A program made the position numbers and the translations under genes. Of a stretch of DNA of 64,000 bases, positions 1-8,646 are shown piece after piece; position 1 is the first letter of the stretch, and every line of letters starts with the position of its first letter. Where the stretch lies: contig JAYTVN010000048.1 of NCBI GenBank assembly GCA_043743975.1, positions 21,984-85,983 on the forward strand. Reading direction: 5' to 3'. The notes beneath the pieces are model-generated. The model did no database searches and was not told the DNA's origin. It was given only the letters and a program-made list of their open reading frames with translations. Origin of the DNA: Cypionkella sp. (GTDB lineage: Bacteria; Pseudomonadota; Alphaproteobacteria; Rhodobacterales; Rhodobacteraceae).

Positions 1-1
1 G

Positions 2-169
2 GAGGTTACGGGCATCAATGAGCGCTACGGCCTGCCGCTGCAGGTCAGCGTTGTGGTCGCCGATTGCGGCGAGGCGAATGCCTATTACAGCCCCAGTCAA
101 CAAACTATTACGATCTGCAACGAATATGCCCAGAACCTGCAAGCGATGTGGGAAGCCTCGCCAGATTGA
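2..169 (+). CDS. 3' end of a DUF4344-like putative metallopeptidase (truncated by window edge)
   Basis: Manual translation ...VADCGEANAYYSPSQQTITICNEY...SPD*; the CGEANAxY..ITIC motif is typical of DUF4344. Confidence 0.6.
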   Translation, partial: EVTGINERYGLPLQVSVVVADCGEANAYYSPSQQTITICNEYAQNLQAMWEASPD

Positions 170-174
170 CGGAT

Positions 175-209
175 TTTGTGATCACGCGATTTTTCCATGT
201 GATCACAAA
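175..209. promoter_or_regulatory. Inverted repeat upstream of sdhC, candidate transcription-factor site
   Basis: TTTGTGATCAC (175-185), 13-bp spacer, GTGATCACAAA (199-209). Confidence 0.5.
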
Positions 210-391
210 GGCGAAAAACTGCGCCTGATAGCGAAAACATTGTGCAGTTGCGGCGTGGTTTGGGGTGACATGCGTGATATAAGCGCTATTGAAGAACAAA
301 GCCGCGCAGCCGCTGGGCACATATCTGGTAGATACGTTCTGGGCGCGGGCATGCGATGGATCAGACCCGGATCAACAGGAAGGGATATGTT

Positions 392-775
392 ATGGCCGAA
401 GTGAAGCGTGTAGAGCGCCCCCTGTCGCCGCATTTGCAAATCTATCGCCCGCAACTGACCTCGATCACCTCGATTTTGACCCGGATCACCGGCAACGCGC
501 TGATTGTGGGTGTGATGCTGGCGGTGTGGTGGTTGTTCGCGGCGGCGGTATCGCCGGAGTATTTCGCGGTTGCCAATGCGGTGGCGACCAGCTGGTTCGG
601 CGATCTGGTGTTCACCTGTTCGGCCTGGGCGGTGTGGTATCACTACCTGTCGGGGCTGCGGCATCTGTATTTCGATGCGGGCCACGGGCTGGAGATTGCC
701 ACCGCTGAAAAGCTGGGCTGGGGCATCATCGCGGGGTCGTTCCTGTTTACCATCATCACCATTCTGATCGTGTAA
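392..775 (+). CDS. sdhC: Succinate dehydrogenase cytochrome b556 subunit
   Basis: RPLSPHLQIYRPQ motif, HYLSGLRHL, three hydrophobic segments; first gene of the sdh operon. Confidence 0.96.
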   Translation: MAEVKRVERPLSPHLQIYRPQLTSITSILTRITGNALIVGVMLAVWWLFAAAVSPEYFAVANAVATSWFGDLVFTCSAWAVWYHYLSGLRHLYFDAGHGLEIATAEKLGWGIIAGSFLFTIITILIV

Positions 776-785
776 GGGGCTGAAT

Positions 786-1157
786 ATGCGTTATCTTACC
801 GCGCGCAAACGGGCGATTGGCAAGGGTGCCTCGCATACCGGCACGGCACATCATTGGTCGATGACTCTGTCGGCTGTGGCGCTGGCCTTCATGGTGCCGA
901 CGTGGGTTTACATCGTCGGGCACGCTTTGGGGCAGGATTATGCGGCAGTGCGGGCGACGTTTGCACGGCCTTTCCCCTCGATTTTGACCGCGCTGGTGCT
1001 GGTGATCGGGATGCGGCATTTTGCAATGGGCGCCACGATGATGATCGAGGATTATGCGCAGGGCACGGCGCGCAAGATGCTGATCATGTTTGTGATCTCG
1101 CTTTCCACCGTGATTGCGGCGACGGGGCTGTATGCTCTTGTTCGCATTGCACTTTAA
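786..1157 (+). CDS. sdhD: Succinate dehydrogenase hydrophobic anchor subunit
   Basis: GASHTGTAHHW, H...IEDY motif; lies between sdhC and sdhA. Confidence 0.95.
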   Translation: MRYLTARKRAIGKGASHTGTAHHWSMTLSAVALAFMVPTWVYIVGHALGQDYAAVRATFARPFPSILTALVLVIGMRHFAMGATMMIEDYAQGTARKMLIMFVISLSTVIAATGLYALVRIAL

Positions 1158-1166
1158 GGGGCTGAT

Positions 1167-2969
1167 ATGACTGCTTATCCGTATGAAGTGCACGATTATG
1201 ACGTGGTCGTGGTGGGTGCCGGCGGCGCGGGCTTGCGTGCGACGTTGGGCATGGCCGAACAGGGTTTGCGCACCGCTTGCGTGACCAAGGTGTTTCCGAC
1301 GCGGTCGCATACTGTTGCCGCGCAGGGCGGGATTGCCGCGTCTTTGGGGAACATGGGGCCGGACAGCTGGCAGTGGCATATGTATGACACGGTGAAGGGC
1401 AGCGACTGGCTGGGCGACACCGATGCGATGGAATATCTGGCGCGGGAAGCTCCGAAAGCGGTCTATGAGCTGGAGCATTACGGCGTGCCGTTTTCGCGCA
1501 CTGAAGAGGGCAAGATTTATCAGCGTCCGTTTGGCGGCCATACCACCGAATATGGTGAAGGCCCGCCGGTGCAGCGCACTTGTGCTGCGGCGGACCGCAC
1601 TGGGCACGCGATTTTGCATACTTTGTATGGGCAATCGTTGAAGAATAACGCTGAGTTCTTCATCGAATATTTCGCGATTGATCTGATCATGACCGATGGC
1701 CGCTGCACCGGTGTGGTGGCGTGGAAGCTCGACGATGGCACGATCCATGTGTTCAACGCCAAGATGACAGTGCTGGCGACGGGCGGTTATGGCCGGGCGT
1801 ATTTCAGCGCGACTTCGGCGCATACCTGCACCGGGGATGGCGGCGGCATGGTGGCGCGCGCGGGGCTGCCATTGCAGGATATGGAGTTTGTGCAGTTTCA
1901 CCCGACCGGGATTTACGGCTCGGGTTGCCTGATCACCGAAGGTGCGCGCGGCGAGGGTGGTTATCTGACCAACTCGGAAGGTGAGCGGTTCATGGAGCGG
2001 TATGCGCCGCATTATAAGGACCTGGCGCCACGCGATTACGTCAGCCGCTGCATGACGATTGAAATTCGCGAAGGGCGCGGGGTGGGGCCGAACAAGGACC
2101 ACATTCATTTGCACCTGAACCATTTGCCGCCGGAGACTTTGGCTTTGCGGTTGCCGGGGATTTCGGAAAGCGCGCGGATTTTTGCGGGCGTTGATCTGCA
2201 TAAAGAGCCGATCCCGGTGCTGCCGACAGTGCATTACAACATGGGCGGTATCCCGACCAACTACTTCGGCGAAGTGCTGAACCCGACGCATGCCAACCCC
2301 GATGCCACCGTGCCGGGGCTGATGGCGGTGGGTGAGGCGGGCTGTGCCTCGGTGCATGGTGCGAACCGTTTGGGGTCGAACTCGCTGATTGATTTGGTGG
2401 TGTTTGGCCGGGCGGCGGCGATCCGCGCGGGGGAGATTGTGAACCCGAAGGAACGCGCGGCGGATGTGAACCGCGCCGAGGTCGATAAGGCTTTGGGGCG
2501 GTTTGATGCGACGCGGCAAGCCAATGGTGCGGTGCCGACCGCCGATCTGCGGCTTGAGATGCAAAAGACCATGCAGGCCGATGCGGCGGTGTTCCGCACC
2601 GACAAGACGCTGGGCGAGGGTGTGGCCAAGATGACGGCGATTGCGGGCAAGATGGGCGATATCAAGGTCACCGACCGCTCGCTGGTGTGGAACTCGGACC
2701 TGATGGAAACTTTGGAACTGCAGAACCTTATGCCGAACGCATTGGCGACGATCTACGGCGCGCATGCCCGCACCGAAAGCCGGGGCGCGCATGCCCATGA
2801 AGATTACGCCACGCGCAATGACGCCGATTGGCGCAAGCACACGCTGGCTTGGGTTGACGGCAATTCCGTGCGGCTGGACTATCGCCCGGTGCACACGGCT
2901 CCGCTGACCTCGGAAGCCGAGGGCGGGATTTCGTTGAAGAAGATCGCGCCGGCTGAAAGGAAGTTCTGA
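1167..2969 (+). CDS. sdhA: Succinate dehydrogenase flavoprotein subunit
   Basis: GAGGAG FAD motif, [10 protein letters not shown] covalent-FAD His motif, [11 protein letters not shown]. Confidence 0.99.
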   Translation: MTAYPYEVHDYDVVVVGAGGAGLRATLGMAEQGLRTACVTKVFPTRSHTVAAQGGIAASLGNMGPDSWQWHMYDTVKGSDWLGDTDAMEYLAREAPKAVYELEHYGVPFSRTEEGKIYQRPFGGHTTEYGEGPPVQRTCAAADRTGHAILHTLYGQSLKNNAEFFIEYFAIDLIMTDGRCTGVVAWKLDDGTIHVFNAKMTVLATGGYGRAYFSATSAHTCTGDGGGMVARAGLPLQDMEFVQFHPTGIYGSGCLITEGARGEGGYLTNSEGERFMERYAPHYKDLAPRDYVSRCMTIEIREGRGVGPNKDHIHLHLNHLPPETLALRLPGISESARIFAGVDLHKEPIPVLPTVHYNMGGIPTNYFGEVLNPTHANPDATVPGLMAVGEAGCASVHGANRLGSNSLIDLVVFGRAAAIRAGEIVNPKERAADVNRAEVDKALGRFDATRQANGAVPTADLRLEMQKTMQADAAVFRTDKTLGEGVAKMTAIAGKMGDIKVTDRSLVWNSDLMETLELQNLMPNALATIYGAHARTESRGAHAHEDYATRNDADWRKHTLAWVDGNSVRLDYRPVHTAPLTSEAEGGISLKKIAPAERKF

Positions 2970-3409
2970 TGCTCGAATGGGTGGCTAATTTTCTTGCAGT
3001 AGTGGGTGAAGCGGCCGCTTTCTTGCGGAACCGCCGCGAGAGAATCAGTCTTGAAAAGAAACGTGAGATTCGAAGTGCCTTTCGCGATTTGCATTTTTCT
3101 GAAGCAACAATCTCGCGTGTGAGAGGTGGGAAGCCAATTCACGGATATGCTGCAATTAAGCTTAGGGATACCGAACAACGTGTTTCGAAAGCATTGCTGC
3201 TGCTGCGAGAGCTTGTCTCTGAGGGTGAACTCGCGCTCAAAATTGAAGGGCTCATCAAAGACGTAGTGTCTACTAAGCGGCATATACGCGAAAGGATTCT
3301 GGACGCGATCAGGCAAGGCGGGGCCGATGATCTCGCAGATCAGATTGTTAGATTCAATACTTTGCTAGTTGAGTTGGATAGCGAACTATTGGGGACAAAA
3401 CTAACATGA
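2969..3409 (+). CDS. Hypothetical low-GC protein inserted in the sdh operon
   Basis: 146-aa ORF overlapping the sdhA stop (TGATG) and the next start (ATGA); hand count about 49% GC over 3001-3400. Confidence 0.6.
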   Translation: MLEWVANFLAVVGEAAAFLRNRRERISLEKKREIRSAFRDLHFSEATISRVRGGKPIHGYAAIKLRDTEQRVSKALLLLRELVSEGELALKIEGLIKDVVSTKRHIRERILDAIRQGGADDLADQIVRFNTLLVELDSELLGTKLT

Positions 3410-3723
3410 GATTTTCCTTTTTTTTAGCCGCCGCTTTTTTGCTTGCCGCCTGTGATCCGCAGGTTCTCGCGGATAAGGCGATGCGGCGTACGGCGGAGAC
3501 GGTGGTGCGCCCGGTGTTGGCGCGGGAATTGCCGGGCAATGTCGCGGAAGCTGCGACGCAATGCGTGTTGGATGCGGCAGGTAGCGATGAAATCCGGGCT
3601 TTGGCGCGGGATGTCGGCGTGGAGGCGGGCACTTTGACGGTGCAGAATATCCGTAACCTTGCCACAAGGCCCAGTGCCACGGCCTGCTTTGCACGCAATG
3701 GCGTGCCGCCGTTGAAAGGCTGA
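3406..3723 (+). CDS. Hypothetical lipoprotein
   Basis: Signal peptide with lipobox LAAC; host-like codon usage. Confidence 0.75.
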   Translation: MRFSFFLAAAFLLAACDPQVLADKAMRRTAETVVRPVLARELPGNVAEAATQCVLDAAGSDEIRALARDVGVEAGTLTVQNIRNLATRPSATACFARNGVPPLKG

Positions 3724-3726
3724 CCG

Positions 3727-4023
3727 ATGCGCCAAGCCCTCGCCTTGCTTGCATTGTTGCCGCTGATCGCCTGCGGGCCGATCAGCCTTGCGCAGGCCGA
3801 GCGTGAGTGTTTTGAGCGTGCCCGTCTGGCCGAGCAGCCGCGCGGCGAATTGGGCGTGGGCATCGGGTCTGACGGACGCCGCAGCACCTTTGGCGAGATC
3901 ACCTTCAGCAGCGATTATCTTCAGGGCAAAGACCCTGATCAAGTCTACCAAAATTGCGTCTATCACCGCTCGGGTGAGATGCCGACGCGTCCCTATAGCA
4001 GCATTCCCGCCAGCCGGTATTGA
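3727..4023 (+). CDS. Hypothetical lipoprotein
   Basis: Lipobox LIAC, two further Cys; operonic spacing. Confidence 0.75.
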   Translation: MRQALALLALLPLIACGPISLAQAERECFERARLAEQPRGELGVGIGSDGRRSTFGEITFSSDYLQGKDPDQVYQNCVYHRSGEMPTRPYSSIPASRY

Positions 4024-4050
4024 CGCGGAAGATAAGAAAAGGTCTGTCAG

Positions 4051-4827
4051 ATGGTTCAGTTCACCCTGCCGAAAAACTCGAAAATCCGCACCGGCAAGAC
4101 CTGGCCGAAGCCTGCGGGCGTGAATGTGCGCAAGTTCCAGATCTACCGCTGGAGCCCGGATGACGGCGAAAACCCTCGGGTGGACAGCTATTTCGTCGAT
4201 ATGGATACTTGCGGCCCGATGATTCTGGACGCGCTGATCAAGATCAAGAATGAGATCGACCCGACGCTGACTTTCCGCCGCTCTTGCCGGGAAGGCATTT
4301 GCGGGTCCTGTGCGATGAACATCGACGGCATCAACACTTTGGCCTGTATTTATGGTCTGGATGAGGTGAAGGGCGATGTGAAGATCTATCCGCTGCCGCA
4401 TATGCCAGTGGTGAAAGACCTGATCCCGGATCTGACGCATTTCTACGCCCAGCACGCCAGCATCATGCCGTGGTTGGAGACCAAGACCAACAAGCCTGCG
4501 AAAGAATGGCGACAGTCGATTGACGATCGCGCGAAACTCGACGGGGTCTATGAATGCGTAATGTGCGCCTGTTGCAGCACGTCGTGCCCAAGCTATTGGT
4601 GGAACAGCGATAAATATCTGGGGCCTGCCGCCTTGCTGCACGCCTATCGCTGGATCATCGACAGCCGCGATGAGGCGACGGGCGAACGCTTGGACGATCT
4701 GGAAGACCCGTTCAAGCTCTATCGCTGCCACACCATTATGAACTGCACCAAGACCTGCCCGAAGGGGCTGAACCCGGCCAAGGCGATTGCCGAGATCAAG
4801 AAGATGATGGTCGAGCGGGTGGTTTAG
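4051..4827 (+). CDS. sdhB: Succinate dehydrogenase iron-sulfur subunit
   Basis: [22 protein letters not shown] and [12 protein letters not shown] Fe-S motifs. Confidence 0.99.
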   Translation: MVQFTLPKNSKIRTGKTWPKPAGVNVRKFQIYRWSPDDGENPRVDSYFVDMDTCGPMILDALIKIKNEIDPTLTFRRSCREGICGSCAMNIDGINTLACIYGLDEVKGDVKIYPLPHMPVVKDLIPDLTHFYAQHASIMPWLETKTNKPAKEWRQSIDDRAKLDGVYECVMCACCSTSCPSYWWNSDKYLGPAALLHAYRWIIDSRDEATGERLDDLEDPFKLYRCHTIMNCTKTCPKGLNPAKAIAEIKKMMVERVV

Positions 4828-4830
4828 CCG

Positions 4831-5418
4831 TTGTCAGCACGGGATGATTATAAAAGGCGCGCCCGGATGGCGCGCCTTTTTGCCATGGTGCTGGCCTGCG
4901 GTTTGGGCGTGGTGATCGGGTTGCCTTTGCTACGCGAACTTGGGCGCGCCTTTCCCTGCATCTGGACGCCGGGGCAGTGCCAAGACACCGGGGCCTATGC
5001 GGAGGATTTCTTCGCCGATCTGACGCCGATTGCGGCACCTTTGGCCAGCAGGCGGTTTTCGGAAGGTGTGGTGCAGAGCAATCTGAATGGCTTTGATTGC
5101 ACCTATGCCATCGTGGCGCTGGATCAGCGCGCGCCCGTCATTCCGCCGGCGCGGCGCAAAACTGGCGTGCCGGATATGGATTGGGGCGGTGGTTGGCGGG
5201 CGGTGACGGTGCTGACTGAGAAAGAGAATGAAGACCTGCGCAGCTTGCTCGCGGTTTGTAGCGGCTATTGGCCTGTCGCGCTGCAAAAGCAGTTGGCCGA
5301 GGCGCTGGCGAATCGGCGGATGCTGATCTCGGGCCGGGCCCCCTATCGGCAGGTTAATCTCTATCTGCCGCCCGAAGCGGGCGTGGGCTTGGCGGCGCGG
5401 ATAAGGTTTGGCGACTAG
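4831..5418 (+). CDS. Hypothetical membrane-anchored protein (start uncertain)
   Basis: 195-aa ORF directly after sdhB, with an N-terminal hydrophobic helix and several Cys. Confidence 0.6.
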   Translation: MSARDDYKRRARMARLFAMVLACGLGVVIGLPLLRELGRAFPCIWTPGQCQDTGAYAEDFFADLTPIAAPLASRRFSEGVVQSNLNGFDCTYAIVALDQRAPVIPPARRKTGVPDMDWGGGWRAVTVLTEKENEDLRSLLAVCSGYWPVALQKQLAEALANRRMLISGRAPYRQVNLYLPPEAGVGLAARIRFGD

Positions 5419-5424
5419 GCGGGT

Positions 5425-5913
5425 TTAACTGTCGCTTAGCGCCAGCAACGCCGCTTGGGTTTCCGGCGCGATGCTTTCAAAGCCTTCGGTCAGATCATGC
5501 AGATCATCGACGATCTGGGAAATCTCGGCACGCTCGGCCACGGTGAAATCTGCCCCGGTTTTGGTCACGCCTGCGATGGTGCGCGAGGTTTGCGGCCCCA
5601 AAGCATAGGTCCAGCCGTTGTGCAGCCCATGCGCCAGCGCATCGCGGATGACGCCTTGCGGGTCTTGATCAGCAAGGTCCGCTCAGTTGACAGCACCCGT
5701 ATGGGTCAGCCCCCAATGCACCACCGGATCGCTGAGCATGAATCCGCGCTCGCTGTAGTGATCAATCCACGCCTGATCATAGGTTCTGTACAAGATCGAC
5801 GGGCGCGTGTAGCGGATGTGAATCGCCAGAGCAAAGCCGCTGTCGCAGAGCGCCCGCAGCCGGGCCAACCGTTCTGCAACCGCAGCCACTTTCGTCATAT
5901 CCTTCACGATCAC
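5425..5913 (-). pseudogene. LuxR-type autoinducer-binding-domain-only protein (no HTH) with in-frame TGA at 5683-5685
   Basis: W..HY..RGFMLSDPVVHWG motif; the frame continues past TGA as GAVN*ADLADQDPQGVIRDALAHGLHNG...LLALSDS* (TAA 5425-5427). Confidence 0.8.
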
Positions 5914-6015
5914 TCACCCTTTGGATGCTAGAGGTTGCGAATTACACTTTATCCGGGCAATGTCTACGGGACGAGGCTATGACGTGGTGGAGCCCTCGGC
6001 AACTGTTTTGAGCAT

Positions 6016-6627
6016 ATGACACTTCTGCAGGCGATGAAAAATCAGATCGAACATATAGCCCCGGCGGGTTCTTATGTCGCTTTGCGGGTCGGATTCTCAT
6101 TTCCTGAGGAGGAGATGAATAATCTGCCCGATATATGGGTGGAGTTTTACGCAACCCACGGGTTAGTTGTGCAAGATCCGGCGATGCGCTGGGTCTATGG
6201 CAATGTCGGCGGCATCCGGTTCTCGGAAATGGCCGCGACCGATCCGCATCAGGTGCGGGCCCATGCGGCGGTGTTTGGCTTGGGGCACGGCGCTGCGGTC
6301 TCGGTGATGACGCCACGCGACAAGGGGCGGCGCAGCTACGGGCTGTTTTTCCGCGATGACCGCGACTTTGAAGATGCCGAGATGGAGGGGCTGCTGCGAA
6401 TCATGCAACAGCTGCACGCGGGCCCGGAAGACGAGAAAAGCCTCACAAATGCGGAAGTGGAGGCGCTGAAGCTGCAATCCGAGGGCTTGCGGCTGAAACA
6501 AATTGCCGCGCGGCTGGGAATTTCGGAAAGCGCTGTGAAAGCCCGGCTGAACAACGTCAAGCGTAAGTTGGGCGCGCGGACACAATCCCAAGCGGCGTCG
6601 ATTGCCGCAGCACGGCGGATTCTTTAA
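6016..6627 (+). CDS. luxR: LuxR-family quorum-sensing regulator
   Basis: N-terminal W..FY...QDP autoinducer-binding motif; C-terminal LT..E...LKQIAARLGISESAVKARL HTH. Confidence 0.92.
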   Translation: MTLLQAMKNQIEHIAPAGSYVALRVGFSFPEEEMNNLPDIWVEFYATHGLVVQDPAMRWVYGNVGGIRFSEMAATDPHQVRAHAAVFGLGHGAAVSVMTPRDKGRRSYGLFFRDDRDFEDAEMEGLLRIMQQLHAGPEDEKSLTNAEVEALKLQSEGLRLKQIAARLGISESAVKARLNNVKRKLGARTQSQAASIAAARRIL

Positions 6628-6660
6628 GCGCCGCCGATAATCCAGCAAATTTTAACTATT

Positions 6661-6697
6661 GCGACAGTCGCGCTAAATTTGCGGACTGTCCGCAAAT
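6661..6697. promoter_or_regulatory. Two palindromes upstream of luxI, candidate lux-box/operator
   Basis: GCGAC-A-GTCGC (6661-6671) and perfect ATTTGCGGAC-T-GTCCGCAAAT (6677-6697). Confidence 0.55.
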
Positions 6698-6756
6698 ACA
6701 ACTTCCGGGGTATTGTTGCGGGATCAGAAACGATTCAGCATGTTTAGGAGTATCCC

Positions 6757-7431
6757 ATGGACAATATCCGGTTCGATTTTTCCGATTTCCATCGTTACGG
6801 TTCGGCATTTTACGATTTTTTGGCTTTGCGCAAACAGGTGTTTGTCGATCAGCTCGGCTGGGATGTGCCGCATAATGCCAAGGTTGAGATGGACCAATAT
6901 GACACGCCGGTGGCACATTACTCGCTGGTTTTAAAACACGGTCAGGTTGTAGGTGGCGCGCGTGCCATGGCCACGACCGCAACCTGGGGGCAGCATGCCT
7001 ATATGCTGCGCGATGCCTATTCCGGCAAGCTGCCGCATATCCCGTCGCATATCATGTCGGTGGAAATTGCCATGCCGCATGTCTGGGAATGTACCCGGCT
7101 GGTGATCTCGGACGCTTTGACCACGGCGGCGGAGCGCAGCGCATGTCTGACGGCGATTGTGGACGGTTTGGTGGAAATCACCCGGGCTGAGGGCGGTGAG
7201 GAGTTGATTTGCCTGTCGTCGCTGGCGCTGATGCGGGCTTTGCGGCAGATCGGCTATGAGGTGTCACGGCTGGGCGAGACGTATCGCAACGACGAGGACG
7301 GGCGGCAATATGCGGTGCTGCGGATGCCGGCGGAATTCTCGCGGGCGCGGCAGCGGCGGGTGCCCCCGATTCCGTTCCCAAGCCATCGGTTGCGGGCAGA
7401 GCCGAGCTTCTTGCAGGGGGCGACGGCTTAG
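6757..7431 (+). CDS. luxI: Acyl-homoserine-lactone synthase (LuxI family)
   Basis: LRKQVFVDQLGW, EMDQYD and WECTRL motifs; AGGAG RBS; directly downstream of luxR. Confidence 0.92.
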   Translation: MDNIRFDFSDFHRYGSAFYDFLALRKQVFVDQLGWDVPHNAKVEMDQYDTPVAHYSLVLKHGQVVGGARAMATTATWGQHAYMLRDAYSGKLPHIPSHIMSVEIAMPHVWECTRLVISDALTTAAERSACLTAIVDGLVEITRAEGGEELICLSSLALMRALRQIGYEVSRLGETYRNDEDGRQYAVLRMPAEFSRARQRRVPPIPFPSHRLRAEPSFLQGATA

Positions 7432-7462
7432 GCCATGCTACGGGCGAGGAAAAGGAAGTCCT

Positions 7463-7663
7463 ATGCCGTTGTTATTGCTGGTTCTGCTGGTGTCGGTGTT
7501 TGCCTATGCGTGGGTGGTGCGCCGCAACTCCACCTTGACGCGCAACTGCCGCTGGCGGTTGGATCGCAGGACGGGGCTGAGCAGTTATCATTGCGCCGCC
7601 TGTGGCGCGGTCTGTGATCCGGGCGCGGGCAGGCAGCCGAGGCATTGTTTGCAGGCGGCTTGA
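7463..7663 (+). CDS. Small membrane-anchored Cys-rich (Zn-ribbon-like) hypothetical protein
   Basis: AAGGAAG RBS, hydrophobic N-terminus, CRWR...CAACG...RHC. Confidence 0.65.
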   Translation: MPLLLLVLLVSVFAYAWVVRRNSTLTRNCRWRLDRRTGLSSYHCAACGAVCDPGAGRQPRHCLQAA

Positions 7664-7705
7664 GTTGGGGGGATTTGGCGTGCGAACGCGAAGCAGGAGA
7701 CAGCG

Positions 7706-8575
7706 ATGAAACCAGACCAGCCTGACCATGCCGCCCCAAGTGATGCGGAGGCGCGCAAAGCGGTAAAACCGGTGATCTGCTACCCGGTCGCGGGCCTGCC
7801 GCGCCCGGATTTGGCGCCCTATCTGGCGGCGCGGGCCGGGTGGAGTCGGGTGGCCGAAGTGCTGGTGCCCGCACGCGAGGCGCGGTGTTTTGACGTGCCC
7901 GCCGGGCATTTCTTTCGCTTCACCAGCATCGAGGGCCCGCAGGTCGGCGATCTCAATCTGTGGAACGCAACCGATCTGAGCGAGCGGTTTTTCTCGGGTA
8001 AAACCCGTGCCTTGCATGGCACGCATCTGTCGGCAGGCGACCGGATGTGGTCGGCGCTGCCCTATCTGCGCGAGATGGCTTTGATCACCGAGGATACGCT
8101 GGACTGGTACGGGTTCGATGCGTTCGGCGGGGCGGTGCATGATGTGATCGGCACCCGCTGCGATCCCTACACCAGCAATTTGCTCTCAGGCGGGCAGTAT
8201 CATCATTGCTGCCATTCCAACCTGACGCGGGCCTTGGCCGCGCGCACGGGGCTGCCGCTGTGGCAAGCCGAGGCGCAGGTGCATGACGTGCTGAACGTGT
8301 TTATGTGTACGGGATTTACCCGCGACACCGGGCAGTATTTCATGAAAGCCAGCCCGGTGCGGCCCGGTGATTTCATCGAGTTTTTTGCGGCGATGGATTT
8401 GATCGGCGGCTTGTCGGCCTGCCCCGGTGGCGATTGCTCATCAGAGCACTCCTCGGATCAGGCGGCGTGTTTTCCGTTGCTGGTGGAGGTGTTTAAGCCG
8501 TTGGCTTTGCCCGAAGGCTGGCATCCGGCGGTGGCGAATGGCTATGATCGCAGCCATGGCGCAAGCGTGGTGTAA
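7706..8575 (+). CDS. DUF1989 / urea carboxylase-associated family protein
   Basis: GPQVGDLNLW, HDVIGTRCDP, HCCHSNL and LSACP motifs. Confidence 0.85.
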   Translation: MKPDQPDHAAPSDAEARKAVKPVICYPVAGLPRPDLAPYLAARAGWSRVAEVLVPAREARCFDVPAGHFFRFTSIEGPQVGDLNLWNATDLSERFFSGKTRALHGTHLSAGDRMWSALPYLREMALITEDTLDWYGFDAFGGAVHDVIGTRCDPYTSNLLSGGQYHHCCHSNLTRALAARTGLPLWQAEAQVHDVLNVFMCTGFTRDTGQYFMKASPVRPGDFIEFFAAMDLIGGLSACPGGDCSSEHSSDQAACFPLLVEVFKPLALPEGWHPAVANGYDRSHGASVV

Positions 8576-8578
8576 GTT

Positions 8579-8630
8579 GGGGGGCTTCCGCCCCCCAAAC
8601 CCCCTGAGGATATTTGCGCACAGAGGATGA
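8579..8630. repeat. REP-like element copy
   Basis: GGGGGGC-TTCC-GCCCCCC hairpin followed by GAGGATATTTG core shared with other copies. Confidence 0.6.
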
Positions 8631-8646
8631 GAGTTTTAGATAAGTT

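Noticed and set aside
756-2894. 712-aa antisense ORF, and similar long shadow ORFs (12918-14126, 22410-24086, 31143-32594, 43261-44904, 54626-55960)
   Set aside because: They lie opposite well-supported genes, lack family motifs, and are expected from high-GC codon bias
5683-5685. Selenocysteine or genome-wide UGA=Trp recoding
   Set aside because: The aligned residue is Trp, not Cys; TGA is used as a normal stop elsewhere (sdhA, eryA) and Trp is encoded by TGG
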